Part shown: piece by piece, positions 12,001 through 27,000 of the stretch | Numbering within the stretch: the first letter of the stretch is position 1 | How the letters are laid out: each line of letters opens with the position of its first letter | NCBI GenBank assembly: GCA_025352765.1 | Contig: JANXSI010000469.1 | Location: 1 to 41,830 of the forward strand | Source of the DNA: Devosia sp. | Lineage (GTDB): Bacteria > Pseudomonadota > Alphaproteobacteria > Rhizobiales > Devosiaceae | Length of the DNA stretch: 41,830 bases | Direction of reading: 5' to 3' | The notes under the pieces: model-generated | What the model was told of the DNA's origin: nothing | What the model saw: the letters and a program-made list of their open reading frames with translations, nothing else | The model's database searches: none | Position numbers and translations under genes: made by a program

Positions 12001-15000
12001 ACGTGCATGCTGGGCTCGATGCCGGTGGCGTGCTGCTCGGCCTCGAGCAGGACCACCTGACTGCCATAGTGCAGATCGGCACGAACCCGACCACCACGAA
12101 CGGCAACGTGACGATCAAGTCGGCGGGGGCGCTGGAACTGGGCGCCCACACTACGGCCAACGCGATCCTCAATGTCAGCGTCGACAATTACGGTGGCGTC
12201 ACGGTGTCGATCGCCCAGGCGGTAATCGATATCCGTCCGCTCAACCGGGTGATCATCGGCAAGGGCGACACCGTAAAGGGCAATCTCGACGTCAATCTGC
12301 TGGCGGGCGAGAGCTCCGGCTTCGACCATGATTACTATCTGTCGCAGGTCTTTAGCGACACGTTCGCGGGCAGCGTCATTCCGATCTCGGAGATGACCAC
12401 CAACTCGTTCATCTTCATCCGCAACGAGATCGACAATGAAGGGACGGTCCAGGCCGGCGGCAACATCAAGGCCTATGCCGACAAGGATCCGTTTGCCGAC
12501 ATCACGGCGCAGGGCAAGGCGGTCAACTGGGCGAGTTCAGCGATTGGTGCGCTCGACAGCCTGCTCGGCGGCAGCTCGCACAACCAGACCACGGGCTCGG
12601 CGCACGAGAACAACCACGCGCTGGTGATCAATAACGGTACGTTCAAGACGGGCGCCAACCGCCAGATCGACATCCTCATTGCGGACAACCCCGCTTACAA
12701 TCCCAACCTGCCGTTCGACGCGGTTACCAACAACCCGGTCAAAGCGACGGCGCTCAACGGCACGAGCCTTGATGGCATCGACTTATCATTCCAGACCGTG
12801 GCGCAAAGCACCGCCCTGTTCGCCGAATTGCAGGCCGACCAGGACGCGCTAAGCAATTACGGCAGCAAAAACGACGATCTTGCCTCGTTCTATATTAGCG
12901 AGATTTCGCGCATTTCGAACGAACTGCTTGCCAACGGCTATGCCATCGTCCTCTACGATCCGGGTTACGATCAGTTTTCGGATCCGAACGGCTTCCACAA
13001 GCACATCGTGGCAGTGGACCAGGAAACGCCCGTGGTGGTGATTTCGCCGATCCATGCGGCGGCGGGGTATATCGACGTGCGCTCCGACGTGTTCACCGGC
13101 ATCGGCACGCTGGATGCGCCAGGCGATGTCAGCGTCAAGATTCGCAACACTTCCAGCGCTTCGCTCGACATCCAGGGGATCACCATCCCCGAGGACAATG
13201 GCGGCGTCTACTTCAACGGCTTCCTCAAGCGGATCGGCGGCAACGGCGACGCCACGTTGGCAAACAACGCCAACGCCTCTGCCGACGACGGTCTTGCGGG
13301 CGTTGACGCCGGTGAGGCCAAGTGGCCGGTTCAGCTGGCATTGGAAGGGGTTTCGCGACCGGGCTTCTCCCTGGCGGCCGGCTTCCACTATACGACAGGC
13401 ACGCTCGACGATGTGACGTCGGACCCGACCATCACCATCAGCAACGATCATGGGCCGGATCAGCCGAGGGTTTGGGATACTTGGACCGATCCGCTCAATC
13501 CGGCATTCCGCTACCTGCCCTACACGAGCATCACGGTCTCGGGCGCCATCACGGCCATCTCGGCTACTGTGAAGCTGACGACAGCCAGCCAGCCGGGCGG
13601 AGACGTCACGATCAACGCCGAGATCACCGCCAAGCATCTGAGCATCACGACCCAAGGCAAGCTGGTGATCGACCTGCCTGCGGGCAGCGTGCTCCAGACT
13701 GGCGGCGACCCGATCGACAGCTGGAACAACCCCGTCACCCAGGGCATGACGCCTGTCGGTGACAACAGCAGCGATCCTCTCAATATCAAGCGGAGCGGCT
13801 ACGCCGGACTGACTTACAACGCCTTTGCCGGTCTGTGGACCTACAACTATGTCCAGAATCCGTCGAACGCTGATGTTGTGGCCAAGCAAGTCAATAGCCT
13901 GCTCGGCCAAGGGCCGGCCAAGGGCATCTATGCCAGCCAGATCGCCATTACGGCCGAATATGTCAACCTTAACGGTTTGATCCAGAGCGGCTTCGACACG
14001 TACACGATCAAGATCGACGGTGCTGCCGCGAACGAAATCGCGCAGATCAAGACGAAGATCTCCCTAGGTCAGCTGGCGGCAGGGCTCAACGTCATCAACA
14101 GCGCCTCGGCCAATGGCTACAAGGCATACTGGGACTCGGTGGCGGGCAAGATCGTGTTGCAGCCGTTCCAGACGCCGGGCGGCGAAATCACTATCACGGG
14201 CAAGCTGCTCAATACCGGCAAGGGCCAGATCAAGGTGCTGGGCGGCTACGCCACCGTCGATATCGAGAACACCACTTCATACGACGTTATCGTCAAGCGG
14301 CTTGATGTGAGCGAGCGCGGCGCTGGCATCATCATCCTCAACGACAAGGCGAAGGCGTCGGGTGGCGACGTCTATCAGCGCACGACCTACAAGACCTACG
14401 AAGACGGTCGCGTCATGGTGACGGTCGAGAACATGATGGATGCGACGCCCACCGGGATCGCGCCTGTCGATACGGACGTCGTGCCAAGCTATGTGAGCGT
14501 CGATAGTGCAAACACCAACGGGGCGGTCGCAGAAAGCGGTATCGGCAGCTCCTTCAACGCAAGCACAAATTACAATCCGGTGTCGGGCTGGCGTTATGGC
14601 TGGTCGGTGTCGAGCAGCATCCGGCAGCGCATCACCACCACATATGGCAAATCCGACTGGATCGGCCTTGACGCGCTGGCGGCCGACCCCAGCAACATCG
14701 TCGATGTAAAGACCGAGGCGCTGACCCAGCCGACGCTGGTGCCGGGGAGCGACTATTTCTTCCAGAGCAATGTTGGCGTCTACGCCGCCCGCCCGGACTA
14801 CACGTTCGGCACGATCAACGTCGTGTCCAACTCGACGACGCGCGACGGCAACAAGTGGTCGACCAGTACCTGGTACGGCAAGCACACCTACTATGTGCAG
14901 AAGATCACCGAGCAGGACGTCTCGACCACGACGACGCAGACGATCGAAGCCGACCGGCCGGTCAGCATCCAGATCCTGGGCAGCACCCAGGCGACGGTGA

Positions 15001-18000
15001 CGATCAACAGCACCGGCGGCGGTAATGTGATCCTGCAGGGCAGTGTGCTCAATGAGACGGGCAACACCACCATCACGACCAATGGGACGCTGACGCAGAA
15101 CAGTGACGACATTCGCGTGCAAGGCGTGAACGTGTCGCTGACCGCTAACAAGGGCATCGGCACGTCGGCGCAGAGCGTCAATGTCGATGAGGTCGAACTC
15201 TACCCGGACGCGGATGCCTATCACGGTTCGCTGCCCGTGGATGCCGGTGTCGACGGCAAGTTCGGCACGAATGACGACATCCACCACCAGGCGTCGACAA
15301 TTCCCTCGCTGACCGCGACGGCGAACACCGGCAACATCTTTATCCGCGAGATCGACGGGAAGATGGCGATTGCCACCGTCACGGCCAGCAAGGGCGATGT
15401 GACGCTCGTGGCGGACGGCGCCATCGTCCATGCGCACACTGGCGCCGGCCTCATCACCGGCAATAGTCTGACGCTGACTGCGGGCGGCGGCATCGGCAAC
15501 AATGCCGACGGCACGCTCAATCTCAATTCGTCGAACCAGCAAATCGGCAAGGTCAATCTCGTCGCCGGCGGCGACATCGACGTCACCGAGAAAGTGGGCG
15601 ATCTGCAGTTGCAGAAGGCTGACGCCAGTGGCCACAACGTGACCATCACGGTGACCGATGGCTCGCTGATTGACGCCGACAATGTCGTGCAGAAGGACGT
15701 CCGCAGCCAGCAGGCGCTGCTCGACTTGTGGCACAGCCTTTCGCTCACAGGCGACGGCGCGGCGGCCAAGGCCGAGCAGGCGGCGCAAGCCTTCGAGGAC
15801 TACAAGCTCTCCGAATACCAGAACTACTGGCGGCTCAAGGCCAATGTGTCGACCGGCAGCTTCACGATGACCGACGACCAGGCGGCCTACATTCGCGGCA
15901 TCTACCAGACGGCCTATCGGGCGGATTCAAGCTACGGCACCGTCCAAGATGCCGACGCCGCGGCGCTGAGCGCCGCCAATGCGGCTATCACAGCGCTATC
16001 GGCCGGCAACTACCACCTGTCGCAGGCCGAGCTGGCCTATGTGTTCGGCACGCCGCCTGACGTCGCCGCGCTGGCGACCGCAAAGGGTGCCATCGTCGCC
16101 ATCCAGCAGAGCCGCTCGGTGCAGTATCAGTCGCTGGCGACCGTCTATGCGTCGTACGGCGATACGTACATCGCCGATATCGGCGATGCCTTTAAGTTCT
16201 TCTGGGCCTACAACAACCCCGGCGCGCGGACGCCCGGCGACGCCTATGACAAGGCGACGATCGCTGCCAAGGCGGCCGCCGACGCCAAATATACCGACGA
16301 GGCCAAGACTCAGTACGCCGCCGACGCCAGGGCGGCCGTCGAGGCCGACGGCCGGATAGCGCTTGCGACGGAGTTCGAGACCGTCACCACCGCGAAAGTC
16401 ACGGGCAAGGTCACGCAGGACGGAATTGCCAGCCTCATAGCCCTCCTGCGGGCCGATGGGGTTACCACCCTGACGACGTATGCCAATCAGTACAATACGG
16501 CCCTGCTCAATGACGGGGACCCCAGCAATGATGGCAGCGTTCTCAACGTCGACGACTACGTTGCTGCGCATATCGGGGACTATGTCGCGCAAAATCGCCA
16601 CGACTACCTCGTGGCACATGCCGCGGACCTGCAGGCCTATATGGATGCTAACCTGCAGCCGGCCCTCGATGCCGCCCTCACGGTGTCGGCGAGCGACGAC
16701 TATGTCGACGCACATCTGTCGAGCTATGTAATCGGGCACCTCCAGAGCTATCTGACGGCTCACAATATCGATAACTACGTGACCGCGTACCTCGCCGCCC
16801 ACACCGGTGCCATCGCGGCTGACGTACATCTCGCCCTTGTCGGAAAGTACGCAGCCGTCAGCCAGCTGTTCAGCAACCTGCCGAGCAGCACGACGGTCGA
16901 CAATTTCTTCTACACTACGACTGCGCCAGTGACGCAGGCGAACCAGGTCAGCGATCCGCGGGTCTATCTGTTCACGGATGCCGATACCGCCAACAGCTAC
17001 CGCCAGGGCGTGCATGTGTGGAGCGAGTCCGAGCTGGTCAATTCGCTCGGTTCCGGCCTCACCAAGGCCGTTACCGATACGCAGGTGACGATCGAGAACG
17101 CCAACATCAAGGGCGCCAACGTCACAATCACGGTCAAGACCGATATCGGCACGCTCACCGGCTCGACGATCATCCAGAAGGTGAATAATATACTCAACCT
17201 CACGGACGATGATCGCGTGGCGCTGGGTGCGGCCGAGCGGCAGGATCTTGTCTATCTCAGCGAGTTTACGCGGGGCGCGACGGCCAGCTTCGGTTCCGGC
17301 AAGCTCGTCGACGGCGGACCCAGCTTCGGTACCATCAAGGTCAGCGGGGCCAGTTTTGGCGTGAACGCCAACTATGCCGAAGGCGCCTATCTCTATATCG
17401 CCGGCGACACGGTCAACGCGACCGAAGGCGGGGCCTACTACGTCATCAAGGCTGTTAGCGGCGACACGATCTATGTGAGCGGCACGATCCAGATCGGTAA
17501 CACGACGCCCTCCGCGGTCAGCAGCCTCGCCAACGAGAGCGGCAGGAAGATCGATTTTGGCACCGTGATCGCCGATCCGATGGATCCCGGCACCTTCTCC
17601 AAGACCTATTCCGACGATACCCAGGTCACCGGCAGCTTCGTCAATACCGGCTATTATCAGGGCCAGATTCAGCTGGGTGCGGCTCTGACGGGTGCGCTTC
17701 TCAACGGTTTGCAGGCCGCTTCGGCCGACCATCCGGTCAAGCTCTACATCACAGGCACGCCCAACACCGTCAACGACACCACGTCATCGACTGCCTTCGT
17801 TGCAGAGACCAAGGATCCGTCCGGCGGTTATCTGCTGGTCACCAAGATCAGCAACGACGGCAAGACCATTACGCTCAAGACCGGCACGATCTTCACCGAA
17901 CTCACCGACGTTCCCTTCCATATCGGCAAGGTGACGGTCGCACAGGTGAAGGCTGCGCCGGTCATGACGGCGATCGTGATCATCAACCGCGACGATGTCG

Positions 18001-21000
18001 ACGTGAGCATGAACGGCGTGCTCAACGCCAACGCCGGGCACGCCATCTATATCGGCTCGGAGGATGCCATCGCGCTCGGCCATGTCGAGGCCGGCGGCGG
18101 CACGCCCCTGGACAATGACAACGGCCTGATCGAGATCAAGAGTTCGCAGGCCATCAGCAACGGCGCCGCTGCCAGCGTGGTGAACCTCAAGGGGACCACG
18201 ATCATCATTGAGGCAGCGCATGGCGCCATCGGTGCCGGCGACAAGGCGGTGACGGTCAGTGGAACCGAAGGCGGGCTGACGGCTCGCGCGCAGGAATCGA
18301 TCTGGATCACGGCGCCCACCACCAGCATGTATGTCGCCTCGATCTACTCGGAGCGCGGCGATGTGTTCCTGACCGCCGATCAGGGCGACATTCTCGACGC
18401 CTTCCAGGATGGCAACACCGGCGGCGCCAAGATCGTGGCGCGGCATGTGGTGCTGACGGCGACTCTGGGCCAGATCGGCACGGCAGACAATTATCTCGAG
18501 ATAGACATTACCAGCGATCTCTCGAGCCCCGATGCCAAACACCCCGACACTGTCCTCGACCTCGCGGGCGTCGGGACCGTGTCGGCCAGCGGCCACAAGG
18601 GCGTGTTCCTGTCCGAAACGGACGGCGACATGAATGTGCGCGGCATCACCGCTGATCAAGGCGATGTCGGCCTCAAGGCGATCACCGGCTCGATCCTCGA
18701 TGCGGAGTATTCGACCGTTACGACGGAAGATTCCAACCACATCGTTACCGTGCTTCGCGGCGGCGTCGACGTCACCGGCAACAGCATCACGCTCGAGGCC
18801 CAGGTCGGCATCGGCGGGGCCAGCCAGGAGTTCGAGGTCAACAGCTCCGTCCAGTACGACCATTCGACCGGTCCGAACGGCACGCTGACGGCCAAGACCC
18901 AGACGGACAGCATCTACATCACCGAATCGACGCCGGGGGATCTGTTCCTCAACCAGGTCGGCAGCGGCCTTGCGGGAGGCGTGACCACCCTTACCTTCAT
19001 TACGGCCGCGGCAGGCAGCATGCTCAATGGCCGGGTCGTCGCCAGTGGCGGGGACACGCGCAACGTCACCGGCGGCAAGACCTATCTGGTCGCCAGGAAC
19101 AATATCGGCGCCAGTGGCAACCGCATCATTTCGGGCATCGCCAATATCGAAACGTGGTCCGAGCTGGATAGCACCTGGGTGCTCAATCTGGGCGGACTCA
19201 ATGTCGGCGGCGTTCGCGACGGGGCACAATATTCGGCCGAGGCTGGTGGCAGCATCGACATCATGGCGACCAGCCCGGTCACCGTCAGCACGTCGAGCAT
19301 TGCCCATACGGGCGACATCACCATTACCGCGCATGATGACAACAACGACACTGGCACCGCCCAGGATGATGCGCTTCCCGACAATGTGACGATCCGTGCG
19401 GGCGTCACGTTAGAGGCGACGACAGGCAGCATCTACGTGCTTGCCGGCGATGATGTAATCATCGAGGACGGCGCGCGGCTCTCCGCCAAGAAAAACATCG
19501 AGATCTCGGGCGATGCGCATACGGGCCTCAATGGCGACGTCGATCCGGACGTCGGGCATGGCACCACCATCGACATTGCCGGCGATCTGCACGCCAATGG
19601 AGCGATCATTATCAGGGGCGGCGCCGACGCCGACAGCATCACCATCGAACACACCGCGCGCCTGCGCGGCGAGACTTCGATCCTCGCGGGAGGCGGCGAG
19701 GACAGCATCGTCGTCGACCGACTGGCCTCGATGGTCACCTATGAGGGCGTCGATGTAGCCCTTAAGCCAGACTCGACCGCGCGCGACTTCCAGCGCACGA
19801 TCAATCCGGGGCACGACGACGATGGCCGCCTGCTGCGCGACCGGCTGATCATCGATGGCGAAGGCGGCACGGACCATGTCTTGATCAATGTCTCCGGCGC
19901 GGCCGACTATGTCATAACCGTCACCGACGGCGGTGCCGCGAACAACGGCGCCGACGTCCTCGACATCGAGGGCGTTTCGGCCAAGATCGACCTGGCCGGG
20001 GGCCAAAGCGGCGCCAACATCGACCTGACGCAGGGCGACCTCGTGCGCGCAAACGTCACGGCGACCTACAAGTATGTCGGCACCGAAAAACTTACCGATC
20101 TGAGCGGCATCGACTTCGCCACCGATCCCCACTGGGTGCTGGCGACCGGAACGGCCGAAGTCGATCTCGCGGCTGGTGCCTTGGCAGCAGATGTGGACAT
20201 CAAAACCGGCGATCTGGTGCGGGCCAAGACGACCGCGACCTATCGCTATGTGGGTGAGCCGGGTTCGGCCGACCTCGAGCACGCGGACTTCACCGACACC
20301 GATAACTGGGTGGCCAGCCGGCAGGACGACGACGTCTTCCTGCTGCGCGAGAACTTCATCGCCGCCCTGCAGAAGACCGGCGTCGATGGCACAACCGGCT
20401 TCGACAAATACGCCAACACCTTCGAGCGCATCAATTACGACGCCTCGATCAATGGACGCGTGATCGTTGGCGGCAACACAGGCGAGGACAAGTTCTTCCT
20501 CGACGACAATGCGGCAGTGATGACCCTCGACGGCGGCGAAGACAATGACAGCTTCCAGGTGGGGCAGGTGTTCGCGACCGACCGCGGCTACGACATTCAC
20601 GACCAGCTCGAAACCGGTGATTCTTCGATCCCGGCGCTCGAAGACCGCTTCAAGACCACCAAGACAACACTGGGCTATCTCAGTTACGGCGTGACGCTGC
20701 CGGCAGTGATCTATGGCGGCGAGGGCAATGACCTCTTCACAGTCTACTCCAACCACGCCGACCTCCGCCTCGAGGGCGAAGACGGCAACGACACGTTCAT
20801 TATCCGCGCCTTCGCGCTGGCCGATGATGTCAAGATCAAGGTCGAGGGCGGCGCCGGCGACGACGTCACCCAGTACAACATTAATGCACCGGTCGACATC
20901 GACGGCGGTGCCGGCTTCGACAAGGTCGTAGTGCTTGGCACCGAACTGGCCGATGTGTTCGTGGTCACTAAGGACGGCATCTACGGCGCCGGCCTGACGA

Positions 21001-24000
21001 TCCACGTCGCCAACGCCGAAGCCATGGAACTCGACGGCCTCGAGGGCGACGACACCTTCTATGTGCTCTCGACCGACAAGAATGTCGTTACAACGATTAT
21101 CGGCGGCCTGGGCAGCGACACGGTCAACGTCGCGGGCGATGTGGTTGATCGGGTCGTCTCGCAGACCACTGAAGGCGAGACGGGCATCATCAGCCACTCG
21201 GTCGAAAGCGACGATCCGGCCTATGCGGGCCTGTTCGTGCGTGGCATCGATTTTACCGCCAAGGGCGACACCACGCCGGCGCTGACTGTCCACGACGGCG
21301 GTCTGACGGTGCGCGAGGACATCGATCCGAACGATGCGAGTTACAAGGATAGCTATCACCTAGCGCTCCCGGGCACCTATGACGGCGCCCATCCGGCCTA
21401 TGTCACCATCTCGGCGGCGCAGGCTTCGGCGGCGCTGCGCAAGCTTCCTCATGGCGGTGGCGCAACGGTTGAGGTGTCGGTAGATGGAGGAGTGACCTGG
21501 GCCGACGCAGTGACCGTCAAGTTCGACGGCGGCAACTGGACTGCGGGCGTGGACGTCCTGGTTCGGGCGAAGCATGATCTTGCCGAGGAAGGCATTCAGA
21601 AAGTCGCGATCAGCCATACGGTGATCAGCGACGATCCCGCGATCAACGGCTTTGCCATCCAGAACGTCCTGGTGACCGTGATCGATAACGACAAGCCTGG
21701 CCTTGTCGTGACCCAGAGCGGCAGTACGACGACCGTGATCGAGGGCAGTACCCTGGGCGCGGCAGGGACGAACGACGATTATTCAATCTCCCTGACCAAG
21801 CAGCCTGCGGTCGGCGAAGTCGTCACTGTGACGGTCGCCATCAACACGCCGGAACTCCTCGCCAGCACGACGACGTTGCACTTCTCGGCCACGGGCGGTT
21901 TGGTCGGCGGGTTCCAGACCCACAAATGGGACCAGGCGCAGACGATCACGCTGAGTTCGCTCGGCGACAGCGTCCTCGAAAACCGCATTGAGGCGCTCGT
22001 CACGCACACGATCAACTCGGTGGGCGGTGGCTCCGATGCTGTCTACGCCAACGCCACGACTGGCAGCGAGGACGAGGTCGGGGTTGAAGTCATCGACGGC
22101 AACACCGCCTCGGTCGAGATCATCGAGACCGACGGGAGCACGGTGGTCGCCAAGAGCGGTGACACAGACAAATACACAATCAAACTGACCACCTCGCCCG
22201 CGTCGGGGAAGTTCGTCAAGGTCCACATCGCCCTCGACGGTAAGGCAACGGTGGATCTGGCTGCATCGAACGCGGCGACCAATTTGGCCAACGGCGCGGC
22301 GGCGACGCGTATCGGCTCCGACAGCAACGGGTTCTATGCACTGTTCGACGGCACCGATGCCCGCGACGTGACGATCGTGCTCAAGTTCGATCCGAACGGT
22401 ACTGCTCACACCGACGGCACGCGCACGTTCGCCGTGCAGCCGCATGAACTCACCAAGATCGCCGGCCCGCTGTTCGTCATCGGCGGCGAGGGGCCAGAGA
22501 AGCGCACCCTGGCGCATGCCGTGGCGCTGCCCGATGAAATCAACGTTCCAGTGGTGGTTACCCCGCCGGTCGCCGGTCACGAGGATTTCGACCGGCTAAA
22601 CGTCTATTCCGATACGACCGCCAACAGCACCACCGGCACCCTGACTGATCATACGATCAGCGGCATCGGCATCGGTGCTGGCATCAGCACGCCGCTTCAT
22701 GTCGACTATCACGACGTGAACAAGCCCAACGTCGATCTGGCACGCATCATCGACTACAAGGACTTTGGCGTGGTCGAAGTTCTGCTCGGGCGTGGCGACG
22801 ATACCTTCACCGTCACGAGCTCCAATGCCGCGACCATGACGGTCGTGCAGGGCGGCGGCGGCTCGGATCTCCTCCAGGTCCGCACCACCGACACAGGCCC
22901 GAACGCTCACACCGCACTTGGCCCGATCGTGTTCTTCGGCGACACCTCCGCAGACGGCGTCCGCTATTCGGCGACCAACACGACCGTCAACGGCAATGGC
23001 TATGCCTTCACCAACTATGGCAACGACACGCTCGATGCGGGTGATGCCCGCGGCATCGTGGTGCTCGATGGCGGCAAGGGAGCGGACCACTTGACCGGCG
23101 GCCAATACTCCGACGCCACCAGCTTCATCGCCGGCGGTATCGGCAACGACATCATCACCGGTGGCGTCAATGGCAAGAACTGGATTCTCGGTGACAGTGC
23201 CTTCTCGCTCGAAACCAGCAAGATCGATGCCGAAGACGACTATCGCAACCACCGCGTGGTGATTGACGATAGCGCGGTCATCGCGGCGCCGACCTACGAC
23301 CTCAGTCACGTCCAGAACAACACCGACGTCACGGGCGCCGACACCATTACCATCGGTAACGCCTCCAACGTCGTGATCGGCGACCACGGCCTGATCCAGC
23401 AGGACATGCTCGAGGGTGAGCAAGTCCTGCCGCTGGAGGGCGTTCTCGATATGCTGAATTACCGCGAGGTCGTTCGGATCAGGACCACCAGCACCAGCAC
23501 GGGTGGCGACGACAGCATCGAAACCAATGCCGACGATCCGGTTGAGGGCCGCAAGAACATCATCTTCGGCGGCTTCGGCAATGACAACATCGTTGCTGGC
23601 GAAGGCTCGAGCGTCATCTTCGGCGACAATGGTGAGGCCAATTTCGTCGATGCTAAGATCACCGACGCCAGGAGCACCGACCTCGCGCATGGCGGCAGCG
23701 ACACCATCACCGCGTTCAACGGCAACCACGTGATCATCGGCGGTTCGTTCGCCGACTCGATCAAGGCCGGCGGCGGCAACCATGTGATCCTCGGCGACAG
23801 CGGCGAGGCCGATTTCGACAGCAACGGCAACGTCAGCAAGGTCTTCAGCCTGCACAACGACGATGCCCAGGCCGGTGGCTTCGACCTCTACGACGGCATC
23901 GACAAGATCGAGGCCCATGACGGCTCCGATGTCGTGTTCGGTGGTGGCAAAGGCGACACCATCAATATCGGCTCTGGCGCCAGCGTGGTGTTCGGCGACA

Positions 24001-27000
24001 GCGGCTACGTCGAGCTCGACAATCATCTGCCCGTCATCGCCTACTCGACCGATACCGGTACGGGTGGCGACGACATCATCAATACGGGCGTCTCTTTTGA
24101 CACAGACACAACCCATGCTCCCGATGGCGACACCATCATCGTCGGCGGCTACGGCAAGGACGTGATAACCGCCGAAGACGGCAACGACATCGTGTTCGGC
24201 GACAACGCCAAGCTCGAATTCGACACCGTCCTGGTCGGCGGCGTCGAGACGGCGGTGCTGCAGCGCGGCTACACCATCGATCCGGCCAATGGCGACAATG
24301 ACACGATCGATACCGGCAAGGGGCGCGACCTGATCATCGGCGGCACCGGTTCCGACAGCATCTGGGCGGGCGAGGGCGACGACTGGGTGTTCGGCGACAA
24401 CGGCTTGTACGATGTCGACCTTCCCGACGCGCAGCGCATCATTTCGATTTACGCGACCGACGATGTCGGCGCCGGCGATGTGATCTATGGCGAAGCGGGC
24501 AATGACATCATCGTCGGCGGGCAGGGTGGGGACACCATCGACGCCGGTGAAGGCGACGACGATGTGATCGGCGACAACAACATCGTGGGCGGTGCTGTCG
24601 GCAATGACAACATCTTAGGCGGCGACGGCGAGGACGTGATTCTTGGCGACAACGGCGTCATCGCCCGCACCATCACGGGTGGCACGAGTTGGAAGGACGT
24701 CACGTTCAAGCTTGATCCGGAAGTGCAGGATATCGCGTCTATCCATCGCGACATCGTGCGTTTCGACAACGCCGACTTCCTCGGCGGCAACGACACCATT
24801 GACGCCGGCATCGGCAACGATCTGGTGTTCGGCCAGCGCGGCGATGACTCGATCCATGGCGGCGATGGCGACGACGGGATCATCGGCGGACTCGGCAAGG
24901 ACCATCTGTACGGTGACGACGGCAAAGACATTATTCTCGGCGACGAGGGCCAGATCCTGCGGGCCTTCACCTCGCCTGGCGGAGCGCAGCTCAACACCGA
25001 TGGAACCTGGCATCGTGACGTGGTGCTCGAGGAAGTCGCGCATGCCGTCGACGCCGTTGTGATCAGCAGCAACAAGGGCCGGGAGTCCACGTTGGCCGCC
25101 GATCTGCTTGCCGCCGACGTTCTGCTCCTTGGCGGCTTCCTCAATGCGGATGGCTCGCAGATGATGGTGGGTACCCCGAGTCGCTGGAATACGGCTGTCG
25201 TCGGTCTTGACCTCGAGGTTGCGTATAGCGACTACATCGAGGGTGGCGACCAGGACGACGTTCTGTTCGGCCAGCGCGGCGACGACACCATCAAGGGCGG
25301 GGCGGGCAACGACACAATCTACGGTGACCGGGCTTCCAATTCGGCAGGTTTCGTCACCGACCTGCCGGGGATCATCAACGCGTATCGTATCGTGACCGCG
25401 GCGAGCGCACTCGAATTCGTCCTCCCGGTTGGCGGCGAGATCGTCGTGCCTGCCGCGAATCTGCTGCCATGGGAAATCACACCCTACCTGCCGCAGGTCG
25501 ACGTGTTCCCCAACGCTTCGGGTCCGCTCGCGGGTTTTGCGGCCCGGACCGACATCACGCTTGAGGCAGATGGAACGCGGTTCACCGTCTTTGCGTCTAT
25601 CGTTCCCGACGTCACGCGCGCAACGGGCGTCGTCTTCGGCAACGACAACATTGACGGCGGCGACGGCAAGGACACGATCTTTGGCGACGATGCCCGCATG
25701 GGGCCGATCCAGGAGACCGGCCTTTCGGTTATCGACGGCGAAATCGCCGGCCTTTCGGTCTCGATGTACAACCTGCTCAAGGACCTGTCGTCCATGGGAT
25801 TTGCCGTGCGGGCGGCAGAAAATGGCGCCCCCACCACGGTGAGCTTCGGCAATGACATCATCACCGGTGGCGGCGACAACGACACGATCTACGGCGATAC
25901 CGGGATGATCGTTGTACCGGCCTCGCAGATCGGGGTAGTGGGCGATACGCTGTCGGCTGCGGCCGTCAAGCTCGACCGCTGGCTGATGGACTTCGAGACC
26001 CTAGTCTCCGACCTGTCCTACACCGCGCGGGGCGCCACCGAGATGACCGTCCGCCAGTTCGCCACCGACCACGGCGTCGAAACGGTGCCGTTCGTGGCGG
26101 GCCAGTCAATGCTGCGTCCGTCGACATTCACACTCGACATCGGCAATGACTTGATCGACGGGGGCAGCGAGGATGACCTGATCATCGGCGATCACGGCAT
26201 CATCATGGTCACCGTCATCGCGGCTGGCAGCGCGCCAGCCCTCGCCGGCATCAGTAATGCCGAGCTCAAGACGCTCAATGCAGCTCTTTCGGCCGACAAC
26301 AAGGCGCTCACGGCGAAGCTGAAGGCGCATATTGCTGCCGATCACGCCATCGATACGAGCAAGACCTCCGCGACGACCATCGGCGGCAACTGGGTGTTCG
26401 GCAACGGCCTCGGCTACGGCCTCAACATGGGCAACGACCAGATCCATGGCGGCCAAGGCAATGACGTCATCGTCGGCGACACCGGCCTCATGCAACAGCC
26501 CAACATGCTGACTGGCTGGACGTCGAAGACTTCGAAGTCCGTTGCCGATGCGCTCCAAGCGTCGTTCTTCAAGGTCATCGACCGCCTGTACTTGGGCAAC
26601 CTGAGCAGCAAGACGGCAAAGGCAGAAGCTTGGGGCGTCCAATCGGTGGTCACCGACTGGTCCAGTAACGGCTCGGCCAGCACTTGGCTGCTCGACACCA
26701 AGGACAAGCGCCAGGCGCAGCTGCCCGCCAAGGGCTATATCACGCTCAATGCCGACCGGATCTGGGCTGAGGACGGCAATGACCTCGTGTTCGGCGACTT
26801 CGCGGCGCTGATGCCGGTGGTGAACAAGACCGGCTTCGCAGGCATGATCACCACCATGCGCGTGCTTCCGATTGGCGAAACCAGTGCCTCGCAGACGGCC
26901 AATCTGCGTTACGTCTACAGCTTCGGGGCGCAGGGGCCGCTGCACAGTGCGTCGGCCAGCGACGTCAACCGCCGCATGCCGTTCACCATCGATGCGGACA

